Shown: piece by piece, positions 1-14,400 of the stretch | Position numbering within the stretch: position 1 is the first letter of the stretch | Layout of the letters: every line of letters begins with the position of its first letter | Origin: Eledone cirrhosa | Lineage: Eukaryota | Reading direction: 5' to 3' | NCBI GenBank assembly: GCA_964016885.1 | Contig: OZ024752.1 | Location: 40,238,001 to 40,302,000 of the forward strand | Length of the DNA stretch: 64,000 bases | Notes under the pieces: model-generated | What the model saw: only the letters and a program-made list of their open reading frames with translations | Told to the model about the DNA's origin: nothing | Database searches by the model: none | Position numbers and translations under genes: made by a program

Positions 1-445
1 TCCCATGATACCTCTACAACCCAGCAAGGGTTTGAACTTACCTAATAAGCATAAAGGAATGATTTGGTGCTCTTAATAGTTAATGTAGCACCATTTTAAA
101 GGGTTTTATTTGTTGATATTGACTCCAGTACTTTCAGTCAAGTTTTTTTTTTGTTTTTATTGATCTCTATTTCTCAAACTGTGGAGTTACAATACAAAAG
201 GACAACATAAATAAAAATATAAACACACACACATGTAAGTGTACAAAGAGCTTCTACACAGTAAAATTCAAGAGGATGGGAAGACAAAAATAATGTGTGG
301 GAGAGAGATTGGGAGAAGAAGAAAAAAGAAAGAGCAAAAGAGAAGTGTGATAATGAAAAGAAAGAATAATGTATTCGGAGAAACAAAAAAGAGGATAGTA
401 AGAATCCTACAAATAACCTAGGGTTTCCATAATATTCATAGTTAC

Positions 446-585
446 CTCCAAAATGAATCATGTTCTTCAACATGTTTGCTAAATTTTGCATCAGTCCAGT
501 GGATATATTGGAATTCTTTTGCAACCAACTCCTCTGTTTCTCTGCTGAACAGGATTCAGCATGTGGAAATTTTCCAGCAGAATTT
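446..585 (-). CDS. Exon 32, module 6B (NSAGKFPHAESCSAEKQRSWL...)
   Basis: 140 bp, phase 2-1; next exon expected beyond the window start. Confidence 0.85.
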
Positions 586-3500
586 CTAGAAGGAAATTGC
601 ATAAGATTAAAAAAAAAATTATGAATATTTTGGATGATGAACGGCCTTCAGGAATGAATTTATGTACTGAGGTTCCACTGTATATCTACGAATACAGTAA
701 GCTATATTTCCTTCTCATTTTAAAATAATTGTTTCTACTTTAGGCACAAGGCCAGCAATTACCCAGTACATTACTGGTACTTTGTTTTATCGACCCCGTA
801 AGGATGAAAGGCAAAGTTAACCTCGGCGGGATTTGAACTCAGACTGCAAAGGGACGTAACTATGCTAGAAAGCATGGCATCCAACCCTCTACCGATACTG
901 CCAATTCACCGCCCTTCTCATTTAAAAATAATTGTTTCTACTTTAGGCACAAGGCCAGCAATTACCCAGTGCATTACTGGTACTTTATTTTATCGACCCC
1001 GTAAGGATGAAAGGCAAAGTCAACCTGGGCGGGATTTGAACTCAGATCGTAAAGGGACGTAACTATGCTGGAAAGCATGGCGTCCGACCCTCTACCGATA
1101 CTGCCAATCCACTAAGCTATGGTTTCAGGGTTATTTGACATGCTATTTCTAGCAGATTGAGTGACCAAGTAGAGGGAGCTACTTGAAACTATCATTGGAA
1201 GCTATTCATTTAGTGAAACTTTCTTTTATTTGAAATGTTAAAATAGAAAAAAGAAAATAAATTATATCTTACATGATTGTCCTTGGACTTATGTCAACTC
1301 TATTGACATCAAGTTGAAGATCACAGGCGAGATATCTTAACAACTTATGTTTAGGAGACAAATTTATTNNNNNNNNNNNNNNNNNNNNNNNNNNNNNNNN
1401 NNNNNNNNNNNNNNNNNNNNNNNNNNNNNNNNNNNNNNNNNNNNNNNNNNNNNNNNNNNNNNNNNNNNNNNNNNNNNNNNNNNNNNNNNNNNNNNNNNNN
1501 NNNNNNNNNNNNNNNNNNNNNNNNNNNNNNNNNNNNNNNNNNNNNNNNNNNNNNNNNNNNNNNNNNNNCAAATTTATTGTATTATTTCCCAGCTCTAGTT
1601 CTTTAAGCCATTTCTCAAATGTGCCACTCATCTGCATAAAAGAATTACATTGCTTTAATTGAGAGAGTGTAAAATTATTTTGTATTAAATGATATTATAA
1701 AGATGAGAATTGTGCCATTTTATTTAATAGTCTATTCCATGAATACTTGAATTCAATTGTCTTCAAATACTTCAGTAATGTAGAAATGCAAGTTGTTATT
1801 GTTTAGCCACTTGGATGAAGCAGAGCAGATCTATAATCAATGTCATTTCAGCTACAATTATTCCATATTTTCGGGCTGTGTAAGCTGAACTAGACTATCT
1901 AATGTGTACTTCTTTTTTAAAGATGATAACTTGTGTAGTTTCAGGGAAATTTGGCTTTTATTTCTAAGATTAAGCAACTAGACACCTCAGATTAAGCAGT
2001 AAAAACTGAATTGTATTTCAGTGTCACTTCAAGTTGTCAACAGTAAAACAATATATCATCATCATTGTCATCATAATTGTTTTTACATCCATTTTTCCAG
2101 GCTTGCATGGGTTGACAGGCCCTTTTCAATACACCATCTCTCCACACATCGTGATCCTTCATCATCTTGACTGTGTTTCAGTGATTTGAGATTACCTCTC
2201 ACCACTTCTCTCCAGGTCTTTCTTGGCCTTCCACTACTGCAGCTTCTTGGCACTTCTTCACTCAGCAATTATCATTCATGTGTGTCACATGTCCATACCA
2301 AATACAATAGACTAATATAATATGGCTAAATGCAAAAAAAGCATTCATACTGTGTCATCCTTTACACAGGGTAACATGCGACATTTTCAGGCCTTTAGGT
2401 AGAGGGACCTGTTTGAAAAATATATTGCAGTCTCTATCCAATTACATGATCAGTATGTGAACACATACTTTACTATAGATCAGTGCTTCTCAAACTATCT
2501 GATGTGGCGGACTGGCATTTTTTATTTCAATATGCCACGTACCGCTAATATTTCGTAGTAATATTAATTTATACCGGAAACGATATATATAATGAATATA
2601 ATAATAGTTGACCATTTTTTTATCTTCTATTTATTTTGTAAACAAATAATACAATATCAAAACATATAAAAAAAGTAATAAAAAAATTCCTCAAATGATT
2701 CCTTAGCATGGCCTGGACACTGGCCGTGTACCGGTAGCTGATGACTCACATACCGGCACCGGTTCGCTGACCACCACTTTGAGTAGCACTGCTATAGAAT
2801 ACATATATGTCAAAAGGAGTAAGAAAAAAAGAAAATGACATTGAGAGATGAAGTTTGACATGAAGAGGTATGATGGCTCAATAGATTCAAGTTGATTCTC
2901 AAACATTTTGCAGTTTCTACTTACATCTCCAAGAGGAATACTGGAAAGAGTTTCAAAGATTTTCCAGTCTTTTAACATTTGAAAAATATTTCCATTGAGT
3001 TGCGCTGAAGAAGTAAAAGAAACATTTAAGATTACGTATGATTTTGTCATAGATCTAAATAAAGTTTGAGTGTTGATGTGTGGATGTGAAATGTTTGTTC
3101 TGAAGTGGTGCAAATTGCAGCAAACAAGACAATGTTTTACAGTATTTAATTGTGTCCTACATTCTTAGTTTATATCTTATCAGGTTCAACTTTGTATTTC
3201 ATATTTCTGAAGTTAAAGTAGGTACCAAATTCATTTTGAGCTGATATTCCACTCTGCTTCACTCTGTTTGTCATGTGAAGGAATGCAATTACTACACTTC
3301 AATAAGTTTATTACTAGTAATTGCAATAATAATAATGGGCTCTGATTTAGGCACAAGGCCAACAATTTTTTAGGGGAAGAGGAAATCCGTTTAAATCGAC
3401 CCCAGTGCATTACTGGTACTTTATTTTATTGATCCCGACCCCATAAAGATGAAAGGCAAAAATAACCTCGGTGGGATTTGAATTCAGAACATAAAGGACG

Positions 3501-6500
3501 TAACCATATGCCACAAAGTATGTTGTCTGAAACTCTACTGATACAGCCAACCTACAGCAACCTCTTGTAATAATAATTGTTTCTACTTTAGGCACAAGGC
3601 CAGCAATTACCCAGTGCATTACTGGTACTTTATTTTATCGACCCCGTAAGGATGAAAGGCAAAGTCAACCTCGGCGGGATTTGAACTCAGATCGTAAAGG
3701 GACGTAACTCTATGCTGGAAAGCATGGCGTCCGACCCTCCACCGATACTGCCAATCCACCGCCCTAATAATAATGATAACGAGGATAATGATGATGAAGA
3801 TCATGATAACAGGATAATGACGATCATAGAGATGGTAATGGTTATAAAAACTTACCAAGTGAAGGTCTCAATGAGAGTAAATAATTGATGAGATTATCAG
3901 CAAGTGTTATGGAACTTGAATTCAAGAACTTTTCTAAATCATTTATGGGTTTTATACATTGTTCAATATGCATCTTCAAATTTTCAACTGTGTTGAGAGA
4001 GCTAAAGAAAATTAAAAGAGAAATTAGCTAAAGTTTATTAGGCACACTCCACAATGGGTCAACATCCACAGGGCAATCCAATGGACAACATCCACTTGCT
4101 TCAATGCCACCTCAATAACACAAATCTATTTTTTATATACTTGTAATTTGTACCTTAGTTTAGATTTATCGATTTGTTGGACACAGATCACAATTTCTTG
4201 AAGAATTTTTGCTTCAGGTCCCCTGCTGACATTCATTACAATAGTTGAGACCATTCTTATCAGATCCTCGATCTAAGAAAATAAATTTAAAAATATTTAC
4301 CTGACAATAAAAGTTGATTCTGGTTTAATTTCAATCATTAACATTGATTAATTAATAATTTAATTATAAAAGCATTTTGTTGACATATTTAAGTAATAAA
4401 AAGATAGATTTGATTATTTCCAATTTCGTTATTCAAGGCACCATTCGCGAACCAATACGTTTTATGTTCGGTAAAGTTGTTCGTGCTGAGAGGTAAACAC
4501 TGCGACGGCTTCAATAGAGTACATGGAGGCCATGGAGTTGGCACAAGGAATGAGGAAGGATTCAGACTTCTAGAATTCTGCGACGCCAATGACATGTCGA
4601 TATGTAACACAAACTTTAAAAAACCCGACAACCACCTGATCACCTATAGATCAGGGGAGCACTCTAGTCAGTTAGATTTTATCCTCATCAGAGGACGTGA
4701 CAGATGGACGGTCGTAAACACAAAAGCCTTCCCTAGTGAGGAATGTACATCCCAACATAGCTTAGTTGTCAGCGACCTCACGGTCAGAACTAGACGAGCC
4801 CTGAAACAGAGGCCAACCTGGAGAAGAAAGATCTGGAAGCTGAAAGTCCCCTCAACCAGTAACAGATTTAAAGATATTTTACTCAACGCCTACGACAGTA
4901 AAGAAGAACAGATAGAGACATTTAACGTAGAAGAGAACTGGGAGTTCCTAAAAAATAACTTACTAGAGGCGACGGATGAGGTTTGTGGCTGGAGTAAGAC
5001 CTCAAGCAGGAGGAGAGTGACTTGGTGGTGGAACAATAAGGTAGATGAAGCAGTCAAGGCCAAGAGACAGGCATGGAAAGAATGGAAGAACGGGGGGAGC
5101 AGGGTACATTACATAGAGACCAAGAGGGAAGCTAGGCGACAAGTATACTTAGCTAGGAGGGAAGCAGAGGATAGAAAATTCAAGCATGTTTTACAACGTG
5201 AGGACCAGAAACAGGAGGTATTCAAGATTGCGAGGCAGTGTGTCAGAGATAGTTGTGATGTCATTGGAGAGAAGTGTATCCGGAATGATAAAGGTGAGCT
5301 TGCCCTCACAAGTGCTGAGAAGAAAGATGCATGGAAGAGTCATTATGATAGATTACTAAATGAGGAGAATGCATGGGAAGAAGAGACCCTACCCCACGTA
5401 GACCCTATAGAGGGACCAGCAGTACAAGTCAGCGGCAGCGTAGTAAGTAAGGCAATCAGAGATATGAAGATAGGGAAGGCAACCGGTCCATCGGGTATAG
5501 CTGCCGAGATGCTGAAGGCATCTGGGTCTGTAGGTCACACTATAACCACACGTATCGTTAACCAGGTAATACTAGAGGGGGCCATACCAAAAGATTGGTG
5601 CAGTAGCATCATTGTCAACTGCTACAAAGGTAAAGGCGATGCACTAGATAGAGGAAACTATAGAGGTATAAAGTTGATGGACCAGGTCATGAAAGTAACA
5701 GAAAGAGTTATAGCACAGCTGATTAGGGACCGGGTGAATATAGACGAGATGCAATTTGGGTTTGTTCCAGGGAAAGGCACCACTGATGCGCTCTTCCTTG
5801 TGAGGCAATTACAGGAAAAGTACCTAGCTAAAAGTAAGCCACTCTACTTGGCATTTGTCGACCTTGAGAAAGCCTTTGACAGAGTTCCACGTGCAGTAAT
5901 CTGGTGGGCTCTTAGAAAACTAGGAGTAGATGAATGGCTTGTGAAAGCGGTACAAGCCATGTATAGGGGAGCAGTCAGCAAAGTTAGGATTGGCAATGAG
6001 TATAGCGAGGAATTTAGCGTACAGGTTGGGGTCCACCAGGGCTCTGTTCTTAGCCCTCTCCTGTTCATCATAGTCCTGCAGGCAATAACGGAGGAGTTTA
6101 AGACCGGATGCCCATGGGAACTCCTGTATGCTGATGACCTCGCACTCATAGCTGAATCTATGGTAGAACTAGAGAATAAATTCCAAACCTGGAAGCAGGG
6201 ACTAGAGAGAAAGGGCCTCAAAGTCAACATGACAAAGACTAAGGTCCTTATAAGTAGACGAGAAAACAGAACCCAGATCCCCTCAGGGAAATGGCCTTGC
6301 TCAGTATGTAGGAAAGGTGTAGGTAGGAACTCCATTCTTTGCCCCAAATGCAAACAATGGGTACACAAGAGATGTAGCGGGATCTCAGGAAGCTTAATTA
6401 AGAATGTAGGATTCACATGCAGCAGCTGTGCTGAAACAGCAAGCAAACAGCCACAGGAAACAAGTACCACCAATCTCTGGGAGGGCCCTGTAGAAACAGT

Positions 6501-8428
6501 AGACAGCTTCTGCTACCTAGGTGACCGAATTAGCAACGGAGGTGGGTGCTCAGAAAGTACAATAACTAGGGTAAGAACGGGATGGAAGAAGTTTAGGGAA
6601 CTACTACCACTGCTAGCTGCAAAAGGCTTCTCCCTCAGAATGAAAGGCAGACTGTATGATGCGTGTATCCGAACAGCGATGTTGCATGGTAGTGAGACCT
6701 GGGCGCTGAAGGTGGAAGACTTACGTAGATTAGAGAGAAACGAAGCCTGCATGCTCCGATGGATGTGTAACAGTAATATACGTGAACGACAAAGCATAAA
6801 TGAATTGAGAGAGAGACTGAGCATAAGAGGAATCAAATGCTGCGTGCAGGAGAGGCGGTTACGCTGGTATGGACATGTGATGCGTATGAAGGATGACAGC
6901 TGCATAAAAAGGTGCAGAGCACTAGAAGTTGATGGAAACCGCGGAGTGGGGAGACCCAAGATGACTTGGGATGAGGTGATAAAAGCCGACCTTACCCAAC
7001 TACACCTCTCAAAGTCAATGACACACGACCGTGACTTCTGGCGTCACGCAGTAATACAGGGTACCCGACCTCCCATGGGTACATGCTGAAGCATATAAAC
7101 AATATGCCCCCCCCCCCACCGCAAGGTGGTCGTGGAGGTGCCACGGCAAAAAAGCACCCAGCCCACACTGTAAAGTGGACGTGTAGGCGCCACGAAAAAG
7201 CACCCAGCACTCACTGTAAATGAGGTTGGTGTTAGGAAGGGCATCCAGCTGTAGAAATCAAGCCAGATCAGTTCCTGTATGAGCAAGGCATGGTCAGCCG
7301 ACCAGACACTGCCCACAACAGGACAACCCGTCTAACCCATGCTAGCGTGGAAGAACGGACGTAAAACGGTGATGATGATGATGATGATGATGAAGTTCCA
7401 CTGTATTTATTTAGAATAAATAGTAAAAGTTAACCCTTTATGGTCCAAGTTCAAATCCCGCCGAGGTTAACTTTGCCTTTCATCCTTACGGGGTCGATAA
7501 AATAAAGCACCAGTAACGTACTGGTCTTGTGCCTATACTAGAAACCATTATTCTCTCGCTAAGAAATCAAGGGAAATAACTCTGACTGTTTCTATAGCAA
7601 TTGTCAGCAGAAATACAGCCTTCACCATTGTTTAATGGCTCTGTGGTAACATGAAGTTGATTGTTACAAACATTTCTATATAGTAAATATAAAAATGTTC
7701 AAAATGAGCAACTGTTATATCATTCTTTGAGTAACAAATTCTTTCTATCTAATAAAAATTAACAAGAAAAATCTTACCTGCGATAATGGTATATTTGACA
7801 TGCCAGGCATCAATAAAGATTCTGGAAAAACACATTGAAATAATCAGCAGAAGTGATTGAAGAGTTAAACTTAGAGAATTAAATGAAAAATTTATTGGGT
7901 ATTTTCCTGACGGTAGAGGAGGTAAAGAAGATTACATTTATTTGTCTAATTGATACTAAAATGTTTTACAAGAAAACTGAAACTTTGTAAAGCTCTTGTA
8001 TTGTGCTGTAAAAAATATAAATATATTTTCTTTCATTCAGACATTGTTTTAATTAGTTAGAGAGAAGGAAAGTTGGAGTAGTATTTCCCTCCTTCTATAT
8101 AGAAAGGGTGATGGATAGACTGACAAACATGGCTCTTATTATAGAATAGATTTCTGAGTACAAAGATACACTCATAAGATCAATGGATACATGCCCACTA
8201 AAATGCCCACTTTATACATGCCCACTAAAATGCCCACTTTATGTATGGGCAGCTATTCCCCAATTATGTAGGCAGAGACTAAGAGAAAGGGTAGATAGAG
8301 ATAATTTAGTTAGTAAGGGAGAGTGTGTTCATGTATACCTGTCTATGTGTGTCTATGTGTGTGTGTGCCTCTATGTCTGTTTCTATATTTATGTCTACAT
8401 TGGTTTAAACGAAGCAGTAACACAGCAG

Positions 8429-8459
<31 letters not shown>

Positions 8460-11400
8460 ACACACACATGATGATCATCATCATATATATATTCAACATC
8501 CATCTTCCATGCTAGCATAGGTAGGAATATATATATATCATCATCATCATTATGTTTACGTCCGCTTTTCCCTGCTTGCAAGGGTGGGACGGGAACTGAT
8601 TCTGGCTTGATTTCTACAGCTGGATGCCCTTCCTAACACCAACCTCATTTACAGTGAGTGCTGGGTGCTTTTTTACCGTGGCACCTCCACGGCCACTTTG
8701 TAGTGGAATGATAGGGATCCCAGTCCCTATCATCTCATTTCTACAGCTGGATGCCCTTCCTAACACCAACCTCATTTACAGTGAGTGCTGGGTGCTTTTT
8801 TACCGTGGCACCTCCACGACTACTTTGCAGTGGAATGATATGGACCCCAGTCCCTATCATCTCATTTCTACAGCTGAATGCCCTTCCTAACACCAACCTC
8901 ATTTACAGTGAGTGCTGGGTGCTTTTTTACCGTGGCACCTCCACGACCACTTTGCAGTGGAATGATATGGACCCCAGTCCCTATCATCTCATTTCTACAG
9001 CTGAATGCCCTTCCTAACACCAACCTCATTTACAGTGAGTGCTGGGTGCTTTTTTACCGTGGCACCTCCACGACCACTTTGCAGTGGAATGATAGGGATC
9101 CCAGTCCCTATCATCTCATTTCTACAGCTGGATGCCCTTCCTAACACCAACCTCATTTACAGTGAGTGCTGGGTGCTTTTTTACCGTGGCACCTCCACGA
9201 CTACTTTGCAGTGGAATGATATGGACCCCAGTCCCTATCATCTCATTTCTACAGCTGAATGCCCTTCCTAACACCAACCTCATTTACAGTGAGTGCTGGG
9301 TGCTTTTTTACCGTGGCACCTCCACGACCACTTTGCAGTGGAATGATATGGACCCCAGTCCCTATCATCTCATTTCTACAGCTGAATGCCCTTCCTAACA
9401 CCAACCTCATTTACAGTGAGTGCTGGGTGCTTTTTTACCGTGGCACCTCCACGACCACTTTGCAGTGGAATGATAGGGATCCCAGTCCCTATCATCTCGT
9501 TTCTACAGCTGGATGCCCTTCCTAACACCAACCTCATTTACAGTGAGTGCTGGGTGCTTTTTTACCGTGGCACCTCCACCACCACTTTGCAGTGGAATGA
9601 TATGGACCCCAGTCCCTATCATCTCATTTCTACAGCTGAGTAAACTGGAGCAATGTGAAATAAAGTGTCTTGCTCAAGGAAACAACACATCACTCGGTCT
9701 GAGAATTGAACTCACAACCTTTTGATTGCAAGGCCAATGCTCTAACCAACTAAGCCATGTGCTTCACAAACAAAATTTGATAGAATAAGAATTAGAGTGG
9801 AATATATACTGGGGACAGACTTACCCAATGCTCATTGACTGACTGAAATCACTCAAAGTATCAGAATAGTTACACTTACCAAGCTTTTGCATTAAAGAAT
9901 TTAACTCTCGATTATTTAGTTCTATGACTGCATGCATTGTAGAATTTATTATTGCTGATAACCATTCTTTCTGATCTTTTGGAGTACATTCCTTTTGTTT
10001 ACTTGTAAAAACATTCCTATTGTGAAAAAAAAGTAGAAGAAAAAAGTAAAAAAAAAAAGAGTAAAAAGAAAAATTCAGTTCATTTATTTATTGCACATGG
10101 CTTAGTGGTTAGAGCATTGGCCTTGCAATCGAAAGGTTGTGAGTTCAATTCTCAGACCGGGTGATGTGTTGTTTCCTTGAGCAAGACACTTTATTTCACA
10201 TTGCTCCAGTTTACTCAGCTGTAGAAAGGAGATGATAGAGACTGGGGTCCCTATCATTCCACAGCAAAGTGGTCGTGGAGGTGCCACGGCAAAAAAGCAC
10301 CCAGCACTCACTGTAAATGAGGTTGGTGTTAGGAAGGGCATTCAGCTGTAGAAATCAAGCCAGCAACAATTGCCGTCCCACCCTTGCAAGCAGGGAAATG
10401 CGGACGTAAAATGAAATGATGAATGAATGATGATTGATGTATTATAAATATGGAAGAAATCTACTATATTCAGACCTAGAGAGGGATGGGCTCTGCTGGA
10501 TTTTAAAATGCCGTAGAAACATTGCATGTCTATCCGGCACTCCTACGACTCCCTCAGGAGTTACGGGACCATCCATCTATTCATATTATAAATGTGAAGA
10601 ATTAATTACAATGCCTATGTCCTAAAAAAACCCCAGCTAATTCTCCTTCAAATCACAGTCTTCTGTCATAAATAGGACTCATATGGTGTCATACCTAGCA
10701 TAAATGATACATCTAGTATACAAATAAAACATGTAGTATACAAATGAAACATGTAGTATTTAAATAAAACCTATTTAAATGAAACATGTAGTATTTAAAT
10801 AAAACCTATTTAAATGAAACATGTAGTATTTAAATAAAACCTATTTAAATGAAACATGTATTTAAATAAAACCTATTTAAATGAAACATGTAGTATTTAA
10901 ATAAAACCTATTTAAATGAAACATGTAGTATTTAAATAAAACCTATTTAAATGAAACATGTAGTATTTAAATAAAACCTATTTAAATGAAACATGTAGTA
11001 TTTAAATAAAACCTATTTAAATGAAACATGTATTTAAATAAAACCTATTTAAATGAAACATGTAGTATTTAAATAAAACCTATTTAAATGAAACATGTAG
11101 TATTTAAATAAAACCTATTTAAATGAAACATGTAGTATTTAAATAAAACCTATTTAAATGAAACATGTAGTATTTAAATAAAACCTATTTAAATGAAACA
11201 TGTAGTATTTAAATAAAACCTATTTAAATGAAACATGTAGTATTTAAATAAAACCTATTTAAATGAAACATGTAGTATTTAAATAAAACCTATTTAAATG
11301 AAACATGTAGTATTTAAATAAAACCTATTTAAATGAAACATGTAGTATTTAAATAAAACCTATTTAAATGAAACATGTAGTATTTAAATAAAACCTATTT

Positions 11401-14400
11401 AAATGAAACATGTAGTATTTAAATAAAACCTATTTAAATGAAACATGTAGTATTTAAATAAAACCTATTTAAACGAAACATGTAGTATTTAAATAAAACC
11501 TATTTAAATGAAACATAGTATTTAAATAAAACCTATTTAAATGAAACATGTAGTATTTAAATAAAACCTATTTAAATGAAACATGTAGTATTTAAATAAA
11601 ACCTATTTAAATGAAACATGTATTTAAATAAAACCTATTTAAATGAAACATGTAGTATTTAAATAAAACCTATTTAAATGAAACATGTAGTATTTAAATA
11701 AAACCTATTTAAATGAAACATGTAGTATTTAAATAAAACCTATTTAAATGAAACATGTAGTATTTAAATAAACCTATTTAAATGAAACATGTAGTATTTA
11801 AATAAAATCTATTTAAATGAAACATGTAGTATTTAAATAAAACCTATTTAAATGAAACATGTAGTACGTAGTACGTATAGTATGAAGCACAAGCCAGTCT
11901 ATTGATTGTTATGATGGCGATGAGGATAGTGATGATGGTGGGGAAGTTGATGATGGTGAAGATGGTCGTGATGATGGTGGGGAAGTTGATGATGGTGATG
12001 ATGGTGATGATGGTAGTGATGATGGTGGGGAAGTTGATGATGGTGATGATGGTAGTGATGATGGTGGGGAAGTTGATGATGGTGATGATGGTGATGATGG
12101 TAGTGATGATGGTGGGGAAGTTGATGATGGTGATGATGGTAGTGATGATGGTGGGGAAGTTGATGATGGTGATGATGGTAGTGATGATGGTGGGGAAGTT
12201 GATGATGGTGATGATGGTGATGATGGTAGTGATGATGGTGGGGAAGTTGATGATGGTGATGATGGTAGTGATGATGGTGGGGAAGTTGATGATGGTGAAG
12301 ATGGTCGTGATGATGGTGGGGAAGTTGATGATGGTGAAGATGGTAGTGATGATGGTGGGGAAGTTGATGATGGTGAAGATGGTAGTGATGATGGTGGGGA
12401 AGTTGATGATGGTGATGATGGTAGTGATGATGGTGGGGAAGTTGATGATGGTGAAGATGGTCGTGATGATGGTGGGGAAGTTGATGATGGTGATGATGGT
12501 AGTGATGATGGTGGGGAAGTTGATGATGGTGAAGATGGTCGTGATGATGGTGGGGAAGTTGATGATGGTGATGATGGTAGTGATGATGGTGGGGAAGTTG
12601 ATGATGGTGAAGATGGTAGTGATGATGGTGGGGAAGTTGATGATGGTGGGGAAGTTGATGATGGTGATGATGGTGAAGATGGTAGTGATGATGGTGGGGA
12701 AGTTGATGATGGTGATGATGGTGAAGATGGTAGTGATGATGGTGGGGAAGTTGATGATGGTGATGATGGTAGTGATGATGGTGGGGAAGTTGATGATGGT
12801 GATGATGGTAGTGATGATGGTAGTGATGATGGTGGGGAAGTTGATGATGGTGATGATGGTAGTGATGATGGTGGGGAAGTTGATGATGGTGAAGATGGTA
12901 GTGATGACGGTGGGGAAGTTGATGATGGTGATGATGGTAGTGATGATGGTGGGGAAGTTGATGATGGTGATGATGGTCGTGATGATGGTGGGGAAGTTGA
13001 TGATGGTGATGATGTTAGTGATGATGGTGGGGAAGTTGATGATGGTGAAGATGGTCGTGATGATGGTGGGGAAGTTGATGATGGTGATGATGGTAGTGAT
13101 GATGGTGGGGAAGTTGATGATGGTGATGATGGTAGTGATGATGGTGGGGAAGTTGATGATGGTGATGATGGTAGTGATGATGGTGGGGAAGTTGATGATG
13201 GTGATGATGGTCGTGATGATGGTGGGGAAGTTGATGATGGTGATGATGTTAGTGATGATGGTGGGGAAGTTGATGATGGTGAAGATGGTCGTGATGATGG
13301 TGGGGAAGTTGATGATGGTGATGATGGTAGTGATGATGCTGGGGAAGTTGATGATGGTGATGATGGTGAAGATGGTAGTGATGATGGTGGGGAAGTTGAT
13401 GATGGTGAAGATGGTCGTGATGATGGTGGGGAAGTTGATGATGGTGATGATGGTAGTGATGATGGTGGGGAAGTTGATGATGGTGATGATGGTAGTGATG
13501 ATGGTGGGGAAGTTGATGATGGTGAAGATGGTAGTGATGATGCTGGGGAAGTTGATGATGGTGAAGATGGTAGTGATGATGGTGGGGAAGTTGATGATGG
13601 TGAAGATGGTCGTGATGATGGTGGGGAAGTTGATGATGGTGATGATGGTAGTGATGATGGTGGGGAAGTTGATGATGGTGATGATGGTAGTGATGATGGT
13701 GGGGAAGTTGATGATGGTGAAGATGGTAGTGATGATGCTGGGGAAGTTGATGATGGTGAAGATGGTAGTGATGATGGTGGGGAAGTTGATGATGGTGATG
13801 ATGGTAGTGATGATGGTGGGGAAGTTGATGATGGTGATGATGGTAGTGATGATGGTGGGGAAGTTGATGATGGTGAAGATGGTAGTGATGATGGTGGGGA
13901 AGTTGATGATGGTGATGATGGTAGTGATGATGGTGGGGAAGTTGATGATGGTGATGATGGTAGTGATGATGGTGGGGAAGTTGATGATGGTGATGATGGT
14001 GATGATGGTGGGGAAGTTGATGATGGTGGGGAAGTTGATGATGGTGATGATGGTAGTGATGATGGTGGGGAAGTTGATGATGGTGGGGAAGTTGATGATG
14101 GTGAAGATGGTAGTGATGATGGTGGGGAAGTTGATGATGGTGAAGATGGTAGTGATGATGGTGGGGAAGTTGATGATGGTGATGATGGTAGTGATGACGG
14201 TGGGGAAGTTGGTGATGGTGATGATGGTAGTGATGATGGTGGGGAAGTTGGTGATGGTGATGATGGTCGTGATGATGGTGGGGAAGTTGATGATGGTGAA
14301 GATGGTAGTGATGATGGTGGGGAAGTTGATGATGGTGATGATGGTGGGGAAGTTGGTGATGGTGATGATGGTCGTGATGATGGTGGGGAAGTTGATGATG

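Noticed and set aside
42-178. Possible next exon (acceptor at 179, GTAAG donor at 41)
   Set aside because: Immediate stop in the required phase 1 and stops in the other frames; does not fit a module C exon
5844-6959. Long minus-strand ORFs over the LINE (also 46368-47174 on plus)
   Set aside because: Antisense shadows of the RT coding frame
7936-8005. Candidate exon after a good acceptor at 8006
   Set aside because: Stops in all frames before a convincing donor; 7778-7821 fits the phases instead
8624-9725. Series of 88-aa ORFs and a CRISPR-like regular array
   Set aside because: Units are contiguous SINE copies with no unique spacers; eukaryotic context and no cas genes
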